A DNA stretch of 64,000 nt from Eledone cirrhosa (Eukaryota), in contig OZ024743.1 in the NCBI GenBank assembly GCA_964016885.1, forward strand, positions 105,834,001 to 105,898,000. Direction: 5' to 3'. How positions within the stretch are numbered: the stretch's first letter is position 1; each line of letters begins with the position of its first letter. A program made the position numbers and the translations under genes. Under the pieces are notes generated by a model. The model was not told where the DNA came from. It was given only the letters and a program-made list of their open reading frames with translations, and made no database searches. Positions 1-14,340 of this stretch are shown here, piece by piece.

Positions 1-689
1 ACTATTGAAAATACTCTGGTTTCTCTCTTGAGAGCACCCGACCACATATTGTTGACGACTTTCCGTGTCAACTTACATTTAACTAAAGTGATGAATGGGT
101 CCCCTGTAAGCGCTACGTGCCGAGAATGATGTGTTGACGTTCCAGTAACCAGCTCCTAGCCTACATGTTCTATCTAGGTCAGCCACGCAAATCAGATATT
201 TCTGAATTGAAAATGCGAACGTTCCTAAATGTGGACAATTATACTAACCTTATCTATTGACCTAACGATAAACCTATCTATATACGATATACATGACACT
301 ATGCGGTTTGTTCAAGTCCATACTGGTGCATTACGGAAATCTAGTCGGTATCTGTCAGACAGTTGGAACTGGTTGACCAAATATTTCAGGCTTTTAACCT
401 CTCGCTCCTTTCAGATATTCTCACACAATCCCAGCGTGCGTCTAATGTGCCGGTCTAATCCCACGCTAACAGTAAATGGTAATACTTTTCTAGAAAAGCT
501 TCCGGATGCCTAAAGAAATTCTGCCACCAGGCCACGGTTGGGGGGACGTAGAGGTTACTAGTCTAAAGAGACCTGCTTCGCTATTGCTCAGGTCCATGAC
601 TTTCAACTTACAAGCAACCAACCCTGCTTCCTTGAGGAACACAGGTCACGAACATTTATACTTCCTACTCTTAGGACAGCCATGATTGC

Positions 690-980
690 TGGTTGATCAA
701 GAGAAAAAAATGTACTTATACTACGAGCATTCGTGGAGGTCGGGTTGTTACACCTCCATATTTGCTGTGGTTTCCTTTTGGTACTCCTTTGTAAGCTTGC
801 TAGTTAGTTTTATATCAGAGATTCCCACGTCACATGGAAAGCACTCCCAGATAGTCTTGTAGTTACCCCGCGACTTTCATATCATTATAAGGTCTTCCGG
901 TACTCTAAAAGTGCTGGTGCAAAAAATCTCGTCCTCTATCTCGATTTCCTAGCTTCGTGCTATGAGGGCCAACAGTTTTT
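690..980 (-). pseudogene. Possible degenerate restriction-like-endonuclease (REL) region of a non-LTR retrotransposon
   Basis: Manual minus-strand translation gives ...VPEDLIMI*KSRGNYKTIWECFPCDVGISDIKLTSKLTK, loosely like the RPD...E.(T)CP...K..KY motif of REL LINEs; stops/frameshifts present. Confidence 0.25.
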
Positions 981-2036
981 TGTTGGTCTTTCTTACTAGC
1001 ACAAAGTTTTGTGTGCGTGTGCTGTTGTTGCTTTTGTGCTTGCTTTCGTTAGGGTGGTGATGTTGGTGTTGTTGTGGACGTGTCGGTGTTTGGTGTCTGT
1101 GTGATGTCTTCGTTTTCTGTCGTATTTGTATGAGTGTGTTTGTGTGTGTGCGCGCGGGTGTGTGTGGGTGTGTGTGATGTTTGTTTGTTTTTGTTTGAGT
1201 GGGTGTTTATGTGTGTATTTATTGTTTAGCAAGTGGGAGAGTGAATAAAGAACTTTTCTCATATTTCCCTTGGGTTGATTCTGTCTTAGTTGTTTGTGCT
1301 ATTGGCTTAGCTACCGCTGTTGCTGGTGCTGCTATTTCTACTTTTGCTGCCACAGTTATTTTGTCCCGACACTGATGCTGGCAGCAACTGTGATTTGCGG
1401 CAACATGAATGTTTGTGCTGAGAAGGCTCGCAGATATGTTGGTTCGTCGTAGACGAAGCAGTGTGGCCTTCTGCTTTCAGTGACAACATTCTCCGATTCG
1501 TCCTGAAGGGGAACATGGTCCGGGAAATATTCAAGTTCGTCCAGCCTTATTTAGAGAATCTCCAAACACATCCCGGATCAATCTTCTCCCAGCGTTTTCC
1601 TTACGTCGATGAGTGGGGAACCATTGGCATACTCCTTGTCCACGCAACCCAAGAGCCACCATAAGTTTAGTCCTAGCGGGATCCAGCGTATGGGGACTTT
1701 CTTATTTCTCCTGCTCATGTAGTAGATGTACATGATTTAGAGGGACCACTGTGTGTTTTATGGCAAGGCCTCAGTTTTAAACATCATGACGTTGAACTGT
1801 CTGGGCCTTGCTAAGTACTTAATGACTTTGATGCATTTCAATGCTGCCGCCAGATGAGATTGTGTTTGCACTGAGATGCATCGATAAATGAACGTCATTC
1901 TTTGCGTTGTTGCTCTTACTTGGGCCGTAAGGTTTAGGTTGGCCCAGATTCTTTCTCGCTAAATTATTTTCCAGAGCTTGGCCAAACGTTCCTCCTTACC
2001 TGAAATATCAAGGTCTGTGGTTATCTTCTCTGGTCA

Positions 2037-2300
2037 ATGTTAAAATATTATGCATATAAGGTCTCCGATAAATGGTACCGGTATATCCCAAGATATGACC
2101 ATGATGACGGAGACAACTTCAAGATACTCTTCGATTTTACTATCCAAACGGACCACCGATTTCAACACAATATATCTCTGATAACGTGTTTAAGCACAGA
2201 AATAGCTATGAATTCTATATTACTAAAGACCATGAAAAAGCTTTGAAAAAAATTCTAAAATAACAATATATACAGACTTGAATACCAACATTGCAAGAGT
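2037..2300 (+). pseudogene. R4/Dong-type non-LTR retrotransposon fragment (region just before the REL endonuclease PD motif)
   Basis: ORF 2037-2246 contains KWYRYIP...FKILFDFTIQTDHRFQHN, matching the R4/Dong KWY.H.P...K(I/L)LWDF.IQTD motif. Confidence 0.55.
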
Positions 2301-3689
2301 GGTTTCAATTTTTCCTCTTTCATTTCTTCCTTTCTAATTCCCTGGAGTAAATCGGCTGTGTTAAGATCTGCAGTGGAGAAGATATCCGATAGGTTTTAAA
2401 ATGCTCAATCTACACCGCACATTACTGTGGTCGCCTGACGATTTCACTAAATGTCATAGATCATTGCATACATATATTCATACATTATTTTACTCACACT
2501 GTTGTGTTTTTTCACTATATCGATCTGTTTTCCTCTGTATACTGGAAGTAATTAAAAAGTGCGCTGCGCAACCATGAAGTATATATAGACTCACATGAAC
2601 AGCTATATAAATTTGAAACTAGCAGTTTTAAAAACTAAAATATATTACAAAATAAAAATTAAATAGAAATAAAGTGACTAACAAAAATCATTATCCCCGT
2701 TAGAAACCTAGATCCTAGCTAGTAACCGATGAGTAAAATATAATTCTGAAGCAACTATTCAACATAAGCCATAAAGTACAAAATTCTAATGAATAAATGT
2801 ATATATTTATTACAAAGAAACTAGTACTAGAGGAAATATAAGACGATGAATTATTACAAAATATTTGAAACAAAAAACAAAACAAAAAAAAAACACGACG
2901 AATGAAAAGTGTTAGTAAAGTAAAATAGGGGGAAAATGTGAAAAAGAAACAGTAAAATGTAGAATAGATTTTTGTTTGTTTTGTAAGTAGAAGATAATTC
3001 TTAAAATAAACAAAAAATTAGTTGGAAAATATTAGAAAATGAAAGAAACGGAAATTGAAGGAAGGCGAAAGAAAAATAATCGAATGATTCAAGGAAAGAC
3101 AAATGGTTTTAAAAACATGAATTATGTGAAAGACGTTAAGAAAGAATAGAAAGCGAAGGATAAAAAATGAAATCTACGTCGAAAGATACATAGCTAAACA
3201 GAAATAATTTTTATGAATGAGAGAATAATGGAAGTATGACAACCCACTACCCGCCACAAAAATAGACAAAAAAACAAATTGAGTGGCAAATAAAAAATAA
3301 TGTAAGGACACATTAATAAGTAATAAAGTAAAAAAATAATATTGAAAAAGTGAACAGTAAAAAAACATTAATAAACTTTAAAAAGAAACAGACCATAATT
3401 TTGAAGCAATACACGCAAAAAATATATACAGACATATAGAAATCAATAGGTAAAGTTATAAAAAGGATTTGATCGGACAATTTGAATAAAAATCCCATTA
3501 GTTCCTTGGATGACAAAAGCTGGCTTTAACTTTATTGAATACACAACACGAGCAGGCTATTATCAGTTGCTAAATTTGCCAGTTATTTTATACATATATT
3601 TTTATTATTATAATAATCTGAGACGGGATGGAAATAATTGACGTATGGGGAAAAGAAGGAAAAATAGATAATTAAATAAATATTTAAAA

Positions 3690-3887
3690 ATATATATCAT
3701 ATATATGCATATATAGATGTATGTACATATATGTATGTAAGTATGTATGTATATATGTATGTATTTGTATATGTATATATGTATGTATAGATGTATGTAT
3801 GTATTTGTATATGTATATATGTATGTATATACAATTTTTATGTAAATATACATAGATGTATGTACATATATATATATGTATGTACAC

Positions 3888-3923
<36 letters not shown>

Positions 3924-3934
3924 ACATAGATGTA

Positions 3935-3965
<31 letters not shown>

Positions 3966-4007
3966 GAATATATATATTTATATATAAATATATATACATA
4001 TATATAT

Positions 4008-4052
<45 letters not shown>

Positions 4053-4175
4053 TATATATATATAAATATATATATATATACATACATATATATATATATA
4101 TATATACATACATACATACACACATATATATATATACATACATACACACAGACATAGGCGCATACATACATACAT
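3690..4175. repeat. Compound (TA)n/(TATG)n/(TG)n microsatellite
   Basis: Seen directly; explains the YI/MY-rich spurious ORFs. Confidence 0.95.
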
Positions 4176-4639
4176 GCACACATACGTTGATACACACCTT
4201 TAAATACGTTAATACACATGGATACCAGTGGACACTTTGATACAGGCCGTAACACAAAATATATACACAAATACACATTCATATATATAAAATAGTGTCA
4301 AACGAAAATGTTATGGAAGAAAAATAAAGCCGCATTATACATGAGATATTACACCAACACTTACAATTTCTGGCTGAAAGAGTGATTAAGATAGTCATAT
4401 AGAAATTGTTAAACCTGCTTATTATGCATGGCTTAGAGATAATATTGAATATAGAGAAGTATATCTAACACACTATAAACATAAACTCAGCATGCATAAA
4501 TATATTGTGTGAAAGTTTATGTATATACATAATTATGCAAATGCAAAGATATCGGGATGTACGTGCCCACCTACACTAACAACCACATATACAAACACAC
4601 AAGCACAAACATACACCCATAGACATACCCCCAAATTCC

Positions 4640-5275
<636 letters not shown>

Positions 5276-5418
5276 CTCTGTGTGCTTATAATCAGAGCTG
5301 TCAGTATCGTTTGATGGTTAATAGAAGCCAGATAATATTCTAATATTGAAATCGACTGAATGGAGGTTTGAAAATGAAAACATTTAGCAACAAAGCGGTA
5401 GAAAACACCAACATTAAC

Positions 5419-5475
<57 letters not shown>

Positions 5476-5515
5476 TTACTACTACTACCACCACCACCAC
5501 CACTACTACTACTGT

Positions 5516-5560
<45 letters not shown>

Positions 5561-5615
5561 AACCACCACCACTACTATTACTGTTACTACTCCTACTACT
5601 ACTGTTACTACCACC

Positions 5616-5655
<40 letters not shown>

Positions 5656-5890
5656 ATGCTAATACTACTACTAATGCCACTACTACTACTAGTATTTATC
5701 ATTTAATTCTGACAAATCATCGGCTTTATCATCACTATCATCATCGCTGTCATTATTATCATCATCATTATCATAAACATCATCATCATTATCATAAACA
5801 TCATCCTCATTAATATCATCTTCATTATCATAATCCTCGTCCTCAACCGGAACTTTATCATCACCACCATTACTATCACCATCATCATAG
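5419..5890. repeat. (CTA)n/(CCA)n then degenerate (ATC)n trinucleotide repeats
   Basis: Seen directly; gives poly-S/L/V/D pseudo-ORFs. Confidence 0.95.
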
Positions 5891-5936
5891 TCAGGCATCA
5901 TAAGAGTCATCGCTATTATAAATATCATTATAATAC

Positions 5937-6110
5937 TCGGTGGATTGTCGGACGCCATGCTTTGAAGCATAGAGTTACGGCCCTTCCCATTCTGAGTTCA
6001 AATCCCGACGAGGTTAACTTTGCCTTTCATCCTTACGGGGTCGATACAATAAAGTACCAGTAATGCAATGTTATTTGCTGGCCTTGTGCCAAAAGTAGAA
6101 ACAATTATAA
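5937..6110 (+). mobile_element. tRNA-derived SINE (octopus OR2-like family)
   Basis: B-box-like GAGTTCAAATCCC followed by GAGGTTAACTTTGCCTTTCATCCTTACGGGGTCGAT...GGCCTTGTGCC...AGAAACAATTA; at least six more copies in the window. Confidence 0.85.
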
Positions 6111-6757
6111 TACTCATCACCAACATTAACTTTGCCATAAGGCTCATCATCAACATTATCATCTTCATCATTATATTCCATATCATCATCCGCTGCATGA
6201 AAATCATTGTAGTTGTTGCCATCATAAACATCATTAAACCACCCCCTAACACCACCCTTCTTGATGATTATTGCAAATCTCGATAGAAATATGGGCACCA
6301 CATTACCGGGGTTCATGAAAACTAGTTTCAAGTTGACTTCAATTAAATACACAAATGTCGTGATGAAAGGTTCTCTGTATCGTCGAATACTTGGAATTGA
6401 CAGAGTGAACCATCAAAGGTGAATAGGTGGTCAAAAGATCTGCTAGATATAGTAAACAAATGTCACACAAATAATCGGTGATTTAGAAGTTATTGATGTA
6501 TTTATTGAATTGTTCCAGATTTCCCGTGATTTGGAAGAGCAATAATCAATAACAAAACACTTTCAAAGGTACCAGAGAAGCACAAGATGTTGTAAATTAA
6601 TTGTGAGCAAAATGAAAAGGAGACACAGAAAAGAACAGATACTCATTGCGGAAGTCTCATAATATGTTGCGAAAGTGCCTTCACGAACTAACTAATAACT
6701 AATAATATAGCTGAAGTGAAAATCGATTAGTTCGTGTTTTCTTTTTTATTGAACATC

Positions 6758-6788
<31 letters not shown>

Positions 6789-6792
<4 letters not shown>

Positions 6793-6902
6793 ATGAAATC
6801 GAAAATGCAACTGGAGTCTTATTTAAAAAATATATATATATATATTTATGTGGTTCCTTTACCGGTTTCGCTGTTCTTCTGCTTTTCAAAAGTAGAGTTG
6901 AG
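6789..6902 (-). mobile_element. Short PLE-terminal-like fragment with degenerate hammerhead
   Basis: Reverse complement of 23478-23585; minus strand reads UUGAAAA GCAG AAGAA CAGC GAAA CCGGU, and the other copy restores the GCAG/CUGC stem; abuts (TA)n. Confidence 0.5.
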
Positions 6903-6939
6903 AGTGATTTGTTAAGCCTTCATTACGTTTATTGATTGG

Positions 6940-9635
6940 TGAGACGGGTTTCGCTATTGATCAGCTCAAGATTTGATGTCCATCGATCTGGCTCGACTCT
7001 GGTATCGAAAGCTCGTCGGACCTCTGCTATTGTAACAACAGAGGTCCGACGAGCTTTTGAGGCTCCCGTACAGCTCTGGGTTCTTTATCTTCAGTGTATA
7101 CTGATTAATGTTCAGAACCATCCTCAGCATTCTCGTGTAGCACCCATCCTCCATCCGTGTGAGTTTCTTGGTCAGGGTACAATTCTCAGACCTGTACAGT
7201 AGCACAGACTCCACTGTAGCAGCAAAGAGACGAATCGTCAGGTTCTTACGCAATTCCGACTTCCATTCCGATCTCAAACTGTGGAACGCCACCCAGGCTT
7301 TGCTCTTCCTTTCAATCACATCATCCTCTGTGTTCCCAATCTTTGCTCCCAGTAACAGGAAGTCCTGAACCAACTCTAGTGGCTTACCGCATACATTCAT
7401 AATATTCTTTGGCTTCTTAATGTTCTCTACCAGATACTTTGTCTTAATCTCATTCATTCTCATCCCCACACTGATCGACTCAGTCTCCACTTCTCGCATC
7501 AACACCTCTGCCTCCTTCACTGAACTATCACCAGAACTAAGTCGTCAGAAAATTTAGCATCTGATATCTTTTTAGCCTTAACTCTCCTGTTCTGAACCAG
7601 TGCCACAGTAAAGCCAGAGTCTTGGTGTTTCTCCAGCACACGGCGCATACCATAGTCCACTGTGACGATAAAAAAGGTAGAGAGCCAATTTGTCTCCCTG
7701 TAGCACTCCAACCAGTATCTCAAATAACTCCGTCATCCTGTCAGGTGTAATGACTTGGCCTCCAGTATTCGTTTAGAGCAGTAATATCAGGTTCACTATC
7801 ATCAGAATGTGACTGGTGATTGATCTTCCGTCGCTGAAGCTATTTTCGTTTTCCCTGAGCTTTTTCTCCATTATAACTGGATCCTGTTAAGTATCATCCT
7901 GTTGAGGGTCTTAGCGACAATTGCCATCAGACTCCCCGGTAGTTGTTGGTGTTAGAGAGATCTCCCTTCTTTGGCACTGGGACGATGTTACTGATCCTCC
8001 ATTGATTCGGGGTAACGTCTTTCTGCAGTTCCTGGTTACAGAACTCAAGGATTATATCAAAATCACACCTCTTTATCACCTCTGATGTCACTCCATCTTC
8101 TCCATAGGCGTTGCCCTCTTTGATCTTCTTCTTGGCTCTCTGAAGCTCATCTCTGGAGAATGGCACTGTCTCAATATCCAGTTCCTCAAACAGCTGCCTG
8201 ATCGTCCCAGTGTTCTAACTCGAACTCCCTCTATTCCTCTCTGAGATAGCCTTGATGATCGTCCACCTCTTTTTACGCCTAGACCTGTCAACCGCTCTCT
8301 CCACACTTCTGATCTTCTCTATTAGTGGGTCCTCTCTGGCCTCAGTGTAAGCGGTACGGAGCTCTTCCTACATCACCTCCATATTATCCTTCCTCTCCTC
8401 CGTAGGATCAGCATGGAATTGGTCCTTGGCAACTTTCAGGTGTTCTCTGGCTGCACACACTTTTGGGTCTGCCGGGCTAACGTTCTTCCTCTTCTTATCT
8501 CCCCTAGGGTCACAAGGGCCTCACTTGCTTCTGCTACTGCATTGGTGACGTACACGCACCTCCACGTCACGCTTTCCCCAGTCCCTCCAATCTCACTCTC
8601 ATCTGCCTCTCCACACAAAGCACTGAACCTGTTCCTCACTTCGACTGTGTACCTCTCCTGTAGCCTATCATCGTCCTTGAAAGCTCCCCAGTCATAGATT
8701 GCTCCCGGGACTGAGCATTTACTCTTTCTTAAATTCACCGGGACTTCAATCATAACAAGACGGTGCTCCCTGCCCTGTGTATTGAAATAATTGTATGGTT
8801 CTGTGTTCAGAACACTATTCCACCACCACTTCCTCGCCAGAATGAAATCAATCTGGGAGTTGGACAGGTGCATATCAAAGATGTAAGTCCACATCTTCCC
8901 CGCATTCTTCCTAAAAGTTAGGTTGGTTTCCATCAAATTTGGCTCCAGCAGGGTGTCCCTCAGCAGTTTCCCAGTTCGGTTGGTGTTGTTATGGAAGTAC
9001 CAGCAAGTATCTTCACTGCTCTCTCTACGCAGATGTGCCTTGAAGTCACCCAGAACAAGCAGGATGTTATGATCTGGTGCGGTGTTGAGAGCTCTATGGA
9101 GCTCTCTTTCATTCTCTTCGCGGGCTCATCATGTAGGATCCTGTGTTCTTGGATTGCTAGTATCTACATATCATTCTTCTAGAACAGATAACCTAACTCC
9201 CCTCACTTCTCCAGCGTCTGAACAGCTCTCCCATTCAGAGTGCCAATTTTAGTGGCTCTTCTGCATGACAAAACTGTATTCTTTATATTTGTCTCAGAGT
9301 CAGCTGATTCATCATCCACTGGCCCTCCCTGTGGTTCTACACCAGCAGAGTCATAGCGACCAGACTGCTCTTTGACAGTGTAGTTAGGGGTTCTAACCCT
9401 AGGGATTTTAAATACACTCTCCATGATTCTTTTCAATGGCTGGTAAGACCTTACCGGCGTCACTCGAGTAACGTAATTATTTAACTCATATATGGCGCCC
9501 AAGCTGGTACTACTCCTCAGTGCCAGAACAGACTTGGGAGTGATAAAAAGTAATGGATAATTCTACATTCCCCACAGTTCCTGTACTCACGAATCGGAGC
9601 CTTGTCACTGGATGCAGTTTAATATCATACCCAGG

Positions 9636-9638
<3 letters not shown>
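6940..9638 (-). mobile_element. Degenerate RTE-clade LINE (AP endonuclease + reverse transcriptase), frameshifted, 5' end abutting (TA)n
   Basis: Fragments KIGTLN (EN start), SQIDFILA...EHRLV (EN), IVPVPKKGDLSNTNNYRG and FSDDLVL (RT), VESVLLY...DGCYTRMLRMVLN (RTE C-terminus). Confidence 0.9.
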
Positions 9639-9725
<87 letters not shown>

Positions 9726-9817
9726 TAGATAGATAGATAGATATCGAGTGAGTGACAGAGTCTGCGCTGCTGCCTGTCACCGTGGTCGGGATTTTACACC
9801 CGCCCTCTCTCTCTCTT

Positions 9818-9848
<31 letters not shown>

Positions 9849-9849
<1 letters not shown>

Positions 9850-10036
9850 ACGAAGGAAATGTGGTAAGGAACCAGGTGGACCATAACGCACCAAAGTACT
9901 CAATACTTGAGGTAGTAGAGTGGGTAATAGGAACCAGTAAGCCCCGACAGCTGAGCTCAAGCCGTTTCGACGGCTAATTCAGTCCTGAATTAGCCGTCGA
10001 AACGGCTTGAGCTCAGCTGTCGGGGTCTTACTGGTT

Positions 10037-10040
<4 letters not shown>
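9849..10040. mobile_element. Head-to-head inverted terminal fragment (family shared with 24766-24960 and 63015-64000) within (TA)n
   Basis: ~55-bp near-perfect inverted repeat TAGGAACCAGTAAG...GCTAATTCAG-tc-CTGAATTAGC...CTTACTGGTTCCTA plus an ~80-bp unpaired tail; (TA)n on both sides. Confidence 0.7.
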
Positions 10041-10076
<36 letters not shown>

Positions 10077-10078
<2 letters not shown>

Positions 10079-13078
10079 TAGTGACACAACAGTTAGTTCA
10101 CCATATCGAGAACAATTGTTTCATCTTAGCGGATCTTGAGCTCGGACTGGTCATGGTTAAACGGAACAGGAAGAACAACCGTATGAGGGTGCATGCGCAG
10201 AAACGGTCACTTCACCCAAGCCATAGAAAGCCACAGGCGAAAGGTTTAAGAGAGATAACTGCGAAAGTCCGGAAAATATATTCCTGTTCATTAGAAAATT
10301 AGAATGTTGTTGTTGATCAATCCTGAGCTTATGCAAGAGGTGTTTCTAGACATGTGGACAACGTGAGAAGATTTCAAATTCGCTATTGCGTAATCTCCTT
10401 AGAATATTTATCCTTTCTTCAATACACAGTCCACAAGACGGATTGCCCCTTGCATATAACTTGGATTTAGTGATGGCTTTCCATTGAATGGAGTAGTCTA
10501 TACCTGAGTGCTTGAGGGACCATACGTGTCTCGTGAGTTTCGTGGATGATCGTTTATTCGGGTACCTAAAGGTCGACTGATGGTTAAGGAAGCGTTCCTT
10601 AAATGGCCCCTCCGCCATACTCACTGTGGTTGATTTGCTCATTTGGAAGTGACCACTCCTTGTGTTACATTGCTGTTGAAAGGGACAATGCCTAAGTTGT
10701 GAAGGAAGCATGTCCTACACAACTATGTGTCTCATCAACGTCAGAATGGATTTATACGAACTGGATTACTCCCTGAAGAATCTTCCCACTCCCTCCAACC
10801 ATGTTTACCTGAAGCTTCTCCTACAAAAAGCGGAAGATGTCATCAGACGCTTAAGATGGCGAGCCCTACTTTTTGACGGCAAAATTATAGTCACAAGTAA
10901 CACCTTCAGCATGATATCAAGAGCCTACCCTTCTAAGGTAACTGAACTCGCTACTTTCGAAGCGGACCTTCTTGACTTAGTCGCTAACATTTCCTTTCGC
11001 AAACACTGTAACACCTTCCAAACTAAACTTAGAAAAAATATTAAGAAATTTAGTTCTTCCAATAACACTTTTATCCTTTCTGACAAAACCATTAATATTT
11101 ACAATTTCGACAACACTAGTTGGCACATAACGCCATGACTTCTAAATATAAGAAGGCTCATCCTATGGCCTACCACGGCATCAATCCAGAAGCCAAAGAC
11201 CTTGCTGTCGCCCTTGAGATAGATAAGAAGCTACAATGCTTAACTAAGCGTAGGCGTTTCTCACCCTGAAGGATCACAAGGTAGACTTTTCTTCTAATCC
11301 CACGTGTAGACTACTAAACCCGACACGCACGGAAATGGGACTAGTCAGCAAGGCTATACTTAGAACCATAGTTAAGGCCATTAGAGCTATGTCCAACCTG
11401 TCCCAGTGGGAGAACAAGACTCCGTCATTAAGTGGTTTAACTCCTTCAACTCTAAAAAAGCGAATTCACGCAATTCGACATTGTAGATTTTTACCCGTCG
11501 ATCTCACAAAGCGTTGGACTTTGCTACTACTTACACTACCGTCATGTTTTAGGCAGGGAGATCATCTCACACTGCCGCAAAACCCTCACCTTCAACAACG
11601 AAGTAGCCTGGGCAAAGAAGTCAACCACTTCAGAACTATTCGACGTCTCCATGGGATCGTTTGACAATGCTGACGTATGCGGCTTGGTTGGGCTATTTAT
11701 TTTAGACATATTACGTGTTAGATTCCCGGACTTCCACACGGAAATATACCGTGACGATGGCCTGACCTTATCGAGCCATAAAACTGGTCACGACCTGGAC
11801 CAGTTTAAAACAGATTTAACTTATACCTTTAATGAGTTAGGACTTAGCATAACGGTAGCTACCAACCTCTCTAGCGTGGATTTCTTAGACATACATTTTA
11901 GACCTTCGAACACACACCTTCAGACCCTTCCATAAGCAAAACGAAAAATGTAATTACATACACAAGGGCCACCCGCCTACTGATTTTAGAAACTTTGTAA
12001 ATAATATCAGTACTAGAATCTCTAACCTCTCCTCTAATAAGTCTATCTTTGACAGAGCGGCACCCTACTATAACACGGCGCTAGCTAACAGCGGCTTCTC
12101 GCAACCAATTACCTTTTCCCCACTAACAACAACAACAATAAGATAAGAAATCGTAACAATAGTCAAACTATCTGGTTCTCTCCTCCCTTATTACTCAACG
12201 TTAAAACTAATGTAGGAAAACATTTTTTAGCCCTCTTAGATAGAGACTTTCTCATAGGTCACCGCTCCATCTTTAACAGACAGAGTAAAAACAAGGGTAC
12301 TTCTGCGCTAAGAATATGAAGGCCTACATCACCAACAGTCCTAATTGCGGCACACCACGAGCATGCTCTTGCCGAAAGCCAGAAGCTTGTCCCCTTCAAC
12401 AGCAATGCAACACACCCGCCGTAGTTTATGAAGCTATGGTCACGTCCAACTGACCAAATCAACCACAGAAGGTCAAATCCTATGTGAGTATGGTGGTGGG
12501 ACCATTTAAGGAACGCTTCCTTAACCATCCGTCGACCTTTAGGTACCCGAATAAACGATCATCCACGAAACTCGCGAGACAAGTATGATCGCTTAATGAC
12601 TCAGGTATAGACAACTCACCTCAATGGAAAGCCATCACTAAGTCCAAGCCTTATGTAAGGGGCAATCCGTCTTGTGAACTGTGTATTGAAGAAGGGATAA
12701 ATATTCTAAGGAGATTACGCAATAGCGATTGCGTAAATTCAAGAAACGAAATCTTCTCACGTTGTCCACATGTCTTGAAACACCTCTTGAATAGGCTCCG
12801 CTTTGAACAACAACATTCTAATTTTCTAATCAGCTTGAACAACTTTTCGTACTTTCGCAGTTATCTCCCTTACACCTTTCATCCGTGGGTGAAGTAACCG
12901 TTTCTGCGGTTGTTCTTCCTGTTCCGTTTAACCATGACCACTCCGAGCTCAAGATCCACTAAGGTGAAACAATTGTTCTCGGTATGGTGAACTAACTGTT
13001 GTGTTACTATTTCTACCAAACTCGTCCATGGGACTGAGTGCTTTACCAATACGGATATACCTTCTAGTGTTCTACTCT
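10077..13078 (+). mobile_element. Naiad-type Penelope-like element (frameshifted RT + GIY-YIG) with ~640-bp inverted copy of its 3' end at the 5' side
   Basis: YSLKNLPTPS..YLKLLLQKAEDVIRRLRWRA N-terminus; MGSFDNADVCGLVGLFIL and YRDDGL (RT); FKERFLNH...CELCIEE...EIFSRCPH (EN). 10077-10712 is the reverse complement of ~12360-13010. Confidence 0.92.
12943..12982 (+). ncRNA. Variant/degenerate minimal hammerhead in the Naiad pseudo-LTR (core CUCAAGA)
   Basis: CCGAG CUCAAGA UCC-ACUAA-GGU GAAA CAAUUG UU CUCGG; 5-bp stem I, palindromic loop III; same core variant in the inverted copy at ~10106-10146. Confidence 0.55.
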
Positions 13079-13082
13079 CTTA

Positions 13083-13193
<111 letters not shown>

Positions 13194-13214
13194 CCCCCCT
13201 CTCTCTCCCCCCCC

Positions 13215-13269
<55 letters not shown>

Positions 13270-13805
13270 CAAATAATTAAGTCAAATATGTAAAATTTGG
13301 CTTCGTTTATTATAAATTATTGATATACTGCTATATATATTTCGGTTACAGCCATCATTGGCTGTGACCTCTTCAGGCATTCCGAATTGGTGTAGGAGAG
13401 ACAGGTACACATGTTGTTGAAGCGTGTTTTACTCCGTCAATACTCCGATATGTCCAGCTCCTGGTTGTGTTGTTATTTCTCTGAGGAACTGGAATCATAT
13501 GAATCCGAAGAAACGAATTTCAGCGTCATGGAACACTCTCGCATCCCATTGTTCAGTTGTGAGAACATTCCTCAGTCAAAAGTCTATAGAAATTTTTCTG
13601 AGGCAAGACAATCTGTTGTAGTTTTATTTTTAAGTACAGCTGACCTCCTCCATTGTGTTGGTAGTGGTAGTGGTTTTAAGGGATCAGCTGGCAAGTCAGC
13701 TTTGGTTTGCTGCTGCTATGTTCAGAAGAATTTGTGTGTGGGGGTTGGCGTCTATCTTTCGTCGTGTGCACATACTGAGGTGTCGGTAAAGAACCAACAT
13801 ATACT
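13270..13805 (-). mobile_element. 3' end of a Penelope-like element (decayed EN tail + pseudo-LTR)
   Basis: Minus-strand DCLASEKFL...QLN resembles a GIY-YIG C-terminus and is followed by a hammerhead and an AT-rich tail into (TA)n. Confidence 0.6.
13329..13379 (-). ncRNA. Minimal type I hammerhead ribozyme
   Basis: UGC CUGAAGA GGUCACAGCCA-AUGA-UGGCUGUAACC GAAA UAUAUA UA^GCA; intact core, 10/11-bp stem II, palindromic stem III. Confidence 0.85.
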
Positions 13806-13819
13806 CAATATATATATAT

Positions 13820-14068
13820 ACATATATAAATCTAACGTTTCAACGGCGAGTTTATACCCCTGTGATATTGAGGGACCTAAGAAGAGTACTCAGTAACTAA
13901 GAAAGGTTTAGGTATTCTTTGTTATGGTTTAGTAAGGACTTAATATTCTGGAGTTTCACGGGAGAACTCAAAGGCTCATCAGACAAGACAGCTTTGTCTG
14001 ATTATGCTGGGAATAAAAAGGTGAAACTCCAGAGTAGCCAGACTCATCACTTACCCATGTAGTCTAGA

Positions 14069-14070
<2 letters not shown>
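13820..14070. mobile_element. Head-to-head pair of degenerate hammerhead-bearing pseudo-LTR fragments in (TA)n
   Basis: Minus: UGU CUGAUGA...GU GAAA CUCCAG; plus: UGU CUGAUUA...GU GAAA CUCCAGAG UA (13946-14040). Confidence 0.5.
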
Positions 14071-14102
<32 letters not shown>

Positions 14103-14340
14103 GTCGCTAGGGGGAAAGATAGAGAGATTGAGAAAGGGAACAAGAATGCTTATTGTAACATATTTCTTAAGAAGTGTTTCGAATTTCTTTCTTTCTTGTG
14201 TTTTTACTTGACCATACCAACAGAAGTGCTATATAATTTCACTGAGTACCATGAGGTAAAGCATTTGTTAAGAAGCAGACAAAGTAAACAGATTATTGCA
14301 TTGTAATTATTTCATAGAAACATTTATCCAAATGACAATC

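Noticed and set aside
9480-9638. HDV-like or twister ribozyme at the RTE 5' end
   Set aside because: Could not thread either fold by eye; an Infernal search would be needed.
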